Below, piece by piece: positions 57,134 through 61,904 of a DNA stretch of 61,904 bases. A model generated the notes under the pieces. That model did no database searches. It was not told the origin of the DNA and saw only the letters and a program-made list of their open reading frames with translations. Position 1 is the first letter of the stretch. The number at the start of each line of letters is the position of its first letter. The translations under genes and the position numbers were made by a program. Source of the DNA: Lachnospiraceae bacterium (GTDB taxonomy: Bacteria > Bacillota > Clostridia > Lachnospirales > Lachnospiraceae); NCBI GenBank assembly GCA_017963665.1, contig JAGCTJ010000148.1, positions 1 through 61,904 of the forward strand. The letters run 5' to 3'.

Positions 57134-57809
57134 TGATTCTCTCCCCGTTCTCAAGTTCGATTATCTCGTCTGCGGCACCCATCAGACCTACGTCGTGAGT
57201 GGTCATTAAAACAGTGATGCCTTCTTTTCTTGTCATTTCCTTGAATATCTCGGTTACCTTTGCCGCCATCTGTGAGTCAAGCTCTGCTGTTGGTTCGTCG
57301 GCAAGTATAAGCTTCGGAGAATGCGCGATAGATCTTGCGATGGCCACTCTCTGCTGCTCACCGCCCGACATTTCCGCCGGCATATGGTTCATTCGGTTGG
57401 CCAGTCCCACCATACGAAGGCAGTCTTCAACTCGCTTGTCGCGCTCCTTTGAAGGCTTTATGCCCGCCATACGCATTGAAAATTCGACGTTCTGGAAAGC
57501 ATTTAACGAAGGAATGAGCGAAACGGACTGAAAAACAAATCCCAGTTCTTTTCTCCTCAATTCCTCACGATCGTATGTTGACATTCCTTTTATGGGCTTT
57601 CCTCCGATAGAAACGGTGCCCGATGTCGGATCGTCGAGAGTACCTATGATATTCATGAGAGTCGTTTTACCCGAACCCGAACGGCCTCGAAGTATACAGA
57701 AAGTACCCGCTTCGACCTTTGCATCCACGCCTTTTAAAGCCGTGAACTCTCCTCCCGGTACGGGAAAGACTCTTGTGATTTTTTCAGCGTCTATAACCAG
57801 ATTACTCAT
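57126..57809 (-). CDS. LolD/MacB-type ABC ATPase
   Basis: GRSGSGKT, MSGGEQQR, ADEPT, THD. Confidence 0.93.
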   Translation of the reverse strand: MSNLVIDAEKITRVFPVPGGEFTALKGVDAKVEAGTFCILRGRSGSGKTTLMNIIGTLDDPTSGTVSIGGKPIKGMSTYDREELRRKELGFVFQSVSLIPSLNAFQNVEFSMRMAGIKPSKERDKRVEDCLRMVGLANRMNHMPAEMSGGEQQRVAIARSIAHSPKLILADEPTAELDSQMAAKVTEIFKEMTRKEGITVLMTTHDVGLMGAADEIIELENGERING

Positions 57810-60610
57810 TATTCTTCACCTAACTTAAGTGCCTTGGTAACGTTCATCTTAAACAATATTCCTACCAGTACACACATTGAAACGATCATTACGAGTGCTA
57901 TGACTCCGTACAGTCTGTACATATCCGATGCTACGGTTATCAGCTTCATCGGAAGTGCCTGATCTTTTGAAGCATATGCCTGCTGAAGAATCGGAACGAA
58001 CATCTTCGATGTGAGTTTTCCTATTCCTATACCGGCAAGTATTGAAAATACTCCCGAAAATACCTGCTCGTTAATAAGAAGGTGGAATATCTCTCCCTTG
58101 TGGAAACCGGTAGCTCTGAGTACACCGAAGATAAGCTCACGCTCTCTTATCGACATTACCCAGTAAATTAGATAACCCACCGCGCAAAGGATGATCGTTA
58201 CCACAAATCCCATCGTGAGTACACCGTTCGTACCCTGTAAGAGCGGGTCTTCCAGCGTAACATTCATACGATCGCCGGCGTTTACATATTTCTTTAAAGA
58301 GATCTTATTGCTGTCGATCCACTTTATAAGTTCATTTTGTGAAGCCCCGGGCTTTAACTTCATCCACACTTCGTACGGGAATGTTCCGCACTTTTTGTTT
58401 AGATAGTCAAAATGAGCCACGGCGAGGTAGTTTTCTTTCGAAAATGCCGTTCCGTCGGGGTTAAGACCGTTCTCAACAGGAGCGTAGCAAGGGAAATAAT
58501 CTATAAATCCGACTACCTTGCCCGATACGGCCTTTTTCTTGGAGTTGGTGATCGTGATCGAATCGCCTACATTGTAACCAAGCTTCGTATTAAAGTTCGA
58601 TGAAAGCAGAATTCCGTCTTCTACTTTTGCAAGTTCATTCAGATATTCATAATAGTGCTTGTGGTTGTAATCGGCATCCACCCACGTGATCGATCCGAAC
58701 TCTTTTGTATGGATACCCATTAAATGAACCGTATATTTATCATTTGAGCTTCCGTTTACGGTAGCCTCTTCATCGCTTACTACTCTCGTAAACTTTTCAG
58801 CGATATCAAGCGTATTGTACTTTGAATAGTCCGGAACGATATACTCACCCGTATATATTCCGTGTCTGTCCACGATCTCGGTCCAGTTCTCTTTCAAAAT
58901 GACATCGCTTCCCGACAGATATTCGGTATTTTCTATCGCATTGGAGAGTATGGTACGGGCAACGGCCGCATGATACATTCCGAGTGAGACCGTCATGATA
59001 AGGAAAAGCATGATAAGTTGCTGCTTTCGTCCGTTTTTGATATTCTCCATGAACGATACATGGCTTGCGGGACCCCACTTGTTTTTACCTATCGTGTAGA
59101 TAAGCTTGACAATGTAAGGCTGCATACGTAAAAAGAAAAGTCCTGCGCCGACAATGAACAACGATGAGCTGAAATAAAGCAAAGGATCGAGGCTCTCACC
59201 GGCCATAACGGCATTGGAAAGATCTTTCATATTTTTGTTGAAAGAATAATATCCGTAAAGAGAAACACCTAGCAAAAGGATGTCGACGAACAGTTTTTCC
59301 CAGAGACTTTTTCTTTTTAACGCTTTGGACTGCTTTAAGTTAACGATCGTAACACGGCTGTGCTTTATCGAAGGGATCGTTATCGAAAGGAGACACACTC
59401 CCATGGCAGAAAGCGCATATATGAATGTTTCTTTCGTATAAGCGACATTTAAAGCACGCGAAAAATTAAACTCAAGGAAGTTTCTTGTAGATCCGAGTAT
59501 CTTTGCGAAAAATGCTCCTATCGGCAGACCTACCACCGTTCCGACCAAAGTTATCAAAAGTCCCTGATAAAAGTAAAGTCTTATTATCTGGAAGCTTGAA
59601 CTGCCTCGGGACTTGATAACGGAGATCTCATTTTTCTCCATTTCATACATCTGACCGGAGATCATAAGAAGGAACGCCGCCAGCATAGCAAGTACGGGTA
59701 CCTGCAAAATGATAAGCGTTGCGGATATCCTTGATACTTTGATGTTGTATTCGTCAATAACCTTCATGTATTGAGGTTTATCGAGAACTTTTCTGTAAGG
59801 ACTTTCGTTTAAGTAATACTCTGTGTTCTTCACCAGTGTCTTAACATCGCTTGCCTTAATCTTCGAATAATCAAAAAGGCAGGTGAAAGTAAGTTTAATG
59901 TTGAACTTTCCCGCATTGTCACCGGTAAATTTTTCTCTGAACACGGCAGGATTGCACAAAAGATACTCATCCATCTTTTCGGGTTTTATCTGCCAGAAAT
60001 ATCCCGAATCTTCCGATGCGTCAAAAACGCCCACCACTACTACCTTTAACTGTGAGCGATCTGCCTGACGAAGATCGTCGAACGTAAACTTTTCTCCGAT
60101 GAGCACGCCCTTAGATATAAGCGCCGACTGACTCACGATAACCTCGATATATCCGTCGTCGGTTATGCCCGTTTCCGAAAAAGGTTCGCCGTAAATGATG
60201 TTCGCATGTTCCAAAATATCATCGACTGAGGCCAGTTTAACACTGAGCTGCTGCGCTTCGCCTCTTTTTGTGTCGGAACTCATGGTAGCGGATGCAAGGT
60301 TCATGATGAAGAAAGTATCAACCTTATCCACTCCCATGTATTCGTAAAAACCGTCAGGGAAAGCTTCCATTCTGGAAAGAGTTTTACCGCCCGCCTCTTT
60401 CATTGATGAAGTGTTTCCCGTAACCAATGCGGGCCACTTACCCTCCGAAACGATAAACGATTCAAACTCATCCGTAAGCATTCTGTTATATGCGGCAGTT
60501 CTGTAAATGGGGAAGCTGACCACAGTTGCGGTCAGAAGTATACATCCAAGTAACAGACATACATTCATCCATTTCTTATGCCACAGTTTTTCCAGCATTA
60601 TTCCAAGCAT
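57809..60610 (-). CDS. Double-length FtsX/MacB-type permease
   Basis: Two repeats of TM + large extracellular domain + 3 TM; EISVIKSRG and FGVLRATG coupling helices. Confidence 0.88.
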   Translation of the reverse strand: MLGIMLEKLWHKKWMNVCLLLGCILLTATVVSFPIYRTAAYNRMLTDEFESFIVSEGKWPALVTGNTSSMKEAGGKTLSRMEAFPDGFYEYMGVDKVDTFFIMNLASATMSSDTKRGEAQQLSVKLASVDDILEHANIIYGEPFSETGITDDGYIEVIVSQSALISKGVLIGEKFTFDDLRQADRSQLKVVVVGVFDASEDSGYFWQIKPEKMDEYLLCNPAVFREKFTGDNAGKFNIKLTFTCLFDYSKIKASDVKTLVKNTEYYLNESPYRKVLDKPQYMKVIDEYNIKVSRISATLIILQVPVLAMLAAFLLMISGQMYEMEKNEISVIKSRGSSSFQIIRLYFYQGLLITLVGTVVGLPIGAFFAKILGSTRNFLEFNFSRALNVAYTKETFIYALSAMGVCLLSITIPSIKHSRVTIVNLKQSKALKRKSLWEKLFVDILLLGVSLYGYYSFNKNMKDLSNAVMAGESLDPLLYFSSSLFIVGAGLFFLRMQPYIVKLIYTIGKNKWGPASHVSFMENIKNGRKQQLIMLFLIMTVSLGMYHAAVARTILSNAIENTEYLSGSDVILKENWTEIVDRHGIYTGEYIVPDYSKYNTLDIAEKFTRVVSDEEATVNGSSNDKYTVHLMGIHTKEFGSITWVDADYNHKHYYEYLNELAKVEDGILLSSNFNTKLGYNVGDSITITNSKKKAVSGKVVGFIDYFPCYAPVENGLNPDGTAFSKENYLAVAHFDYLNKKCGTFPYEVWMKLKPGASQNELIKWIDSNKISLKKYVNAGDRMNVTLEDPLLQGTNGVLTMGFVVTIILCAVGYLIYWVMSIRERELIFGVLRATGFHKGEIFHLLINEQVFSGVFSILAGIGIGKLTSKMFVPILQQAYASKDQALPMKLITVASDMYRLYGVIALVMIVSMCVLVGILFKMNVTKALKLGEE

Positions 60611-61904
60611 ATCTTTGTTCCTTCGCTAAGGCCTTCTATAACCCAATAATTTGTGGAATCCGATCCACCCGCTATAAAACTTTTCTGAACTTTTTTACCA
60701 TTCTCTTCCACGGTCACATATGTAACCGAATCTACGGTAGTCACCGCACTCTTCGGAACGAGGACAACGTCGCTTACCGTTCGTACTTCGGCATTTATCG
60801 AAAACGACATACGTCTCCACCAGCCGTCATATCCACGGTTTGCACCTGCCATTCTTTCAAGGTCCTCCGAAGAAACCCTTACAAGAGTATAGTCCGAAGA
60901 TAGTCTTTCACTTAATGCCCATTTTGACACCGTGACCACTTCACCCTCTGCGGTATACTCTTTACCGGAATCGTCTTTGTAACTAATATTGGCAACGTTT
61001 CCGCATGTAAGCTGTCCCGCCTTGTCTTCAAAAACAACATAACAGTTATCTTCGCTCGATATTGTCGCTATACCGTAATCTGCCAAAAGGATATCGCCTT
61101 CTTCGAATCTGCCGACATCGGTTATTATGCCGTCGAACGGAGCCGTTATGGTGGTCGTAGCGGCATCAGCCTTCATTTCGTTTATCTGCTTTGTAAGTTC
61201 GCTTATATAGTCCCGCTTATTCTTGATCGCACGTTTATTGTTCTCTTCACCGTCTTTGATAAGCTCGGCAAGGTCTTCGTTTGCACGAAGCAAGGTGCGT
61301 TCTTTGCGCCTGATCGCAATATCGTCCGGCGTTACCCAAACGGTTGCTACGATCTGCCCTTTTTCGACGCGCTCGTTTTGTTTAACATTTATCTCTTTAA
61401 CATATACCGTTCCGTATTCAACGGGATTTTCGATGATCTGAACGTTTGAATAGAAAAGATACCCGTTTGCGGAAAAGCCTGTCGCAACTTTTCCTTTTTC
61501 AAGCACTTTCGTTTTATTCTTGTTTTCTGCTTTTATATCTGCAGAAACTTTCTCGCCTTCGTTAAGTCCGGAAAGGATCTCAGTATACATTCCGGATTTG
61601 ATCCCCGTCTTAACCTGGCGCTTTACCTTGTTCTCGCCTTCAAGGACATAGACAAAAGGACCTTCATCGTCTTTGTTGAGTGCTTCATTGGGTATTGCTA
61701 TCGTGTCTTTGCTCTCCTTGGAAACGATAACTACCACAAGATAATCTCCTGCTTTGATATTGCCTTCGGGATCGCTTACTTTAAATGTCGATCTCGCGTC
61801 TGCCATGGAGGAGATCGTTTCATTGGGTTCAGGCTCCACAAATTCGACTTCATATCTCTTTCCGTTTGCAAATCCGTATACTTCAAGCGCCTTTTTTACA
61901 TCAC
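60598..61904 (-). CDS. Efflux adaptor (MFP) protein with two tandem adaptor units, 5'-partial
   Basis: Frame is open to the window end. IAIPNEAL...EILSGLNEGEKV and VLVPKSAV...VIEGLSEGTKI both present; lipoyl halves around a coiled coil. Confidence 0.82.
   Translation of the reverse strand, partial: DVKKALEVYGFANGKRYEVEFVEPEPNETISSMADARSTFKVSDPEGNIKAGDYLVVVIVSKESKDTIAIPNEALNKDDEGPFVYVLEGENKVKRQVKTGIKSGMYTEILSGLNEGEKVSADIKAENKNKTKVLEKGKVATGFSANGYLFYSNVQIIENPVEYGTVYVKEINVKQNERVEKGQIVATVWVTPDDIAIRRKERTLLRANEDLAELIKDGEENNKRAIKNKRDYISELTKQINEMKADAATTTITAPFDGIITDVGRFEEGDILLADYGIATISSEDNCYVVFEDKAGQLTCGNVANISYKDDSGKEYTAEGEVVTVSKWALSERLSSDYTLVRVSSEDLERMAGANRGYDGWWRRMSFSINAEVRTVSDVVLVPKSAVTTVDSVTYVTVEENGKKVQKSFIAGGSDSTNYWVIEGLSEGTKICLE

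Noticed and set aside
133-61441. Numerous short plus-strand and alternate-frame ORFs in the ORF track
   Set aside because: They are antisense shadows of well-supported genes, with no recognisable motifs; only 39638-40816 is accepted on the plus strand.

Overview
Chromosomal window from a low-GC Firmicute. Gene content and order suggest Lachnospiraceae, probably a hemicellulose-degrading gut or rumen species (inference). Nearly all genes are on the minus strand. Core blocks: apt-rel-MBL-hemZ-hisS; rimP-nusA-ylxR-ylxQ-infB-rbfA-nrnA-truB-(truncated ribF); pyrH-frr-uppS-cdsA-dxr-rseP-ispG-polC; rpsB-tsf; tRNA-Glu(CTC). Accessory content: (i) an AT-rich peptidoglycan-binding/phage-tail-lysozyme gene with no Sec signal, followed by a lipoprotein (candidate effector-immunity pair) and preceded by a 20-bp tandem repeat; (ii) a VTC/DUF4956 pair behind the tRNA; (iii) about 11 kb between tsf and pyrH carrying proBC, an esterase-GH43 fusion, a CgeB-like glycosyltransferase bracketed by long hairpin elements, chorismate mutase, GH95, a deacetylase and a bactofilin; (iv) a GH10 xylanase and an ECF/anti-sigma/ABC cassette; (v) a MacB-like exporter operon ending in a GH43 and two paralogous Cys-rich U32-like proteins. 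The best novelty candidates are the lysozyme-lipoprotein pair, the U32-like paralog pair, the bactofilin-deacetylase pair, and local GC-skew/codon inversions centred on intergenic palindromic elements. No CRISPR array, integrase, transposase or rRNA was seen. All family assignments come from motif recognition by eye; no database search was run.
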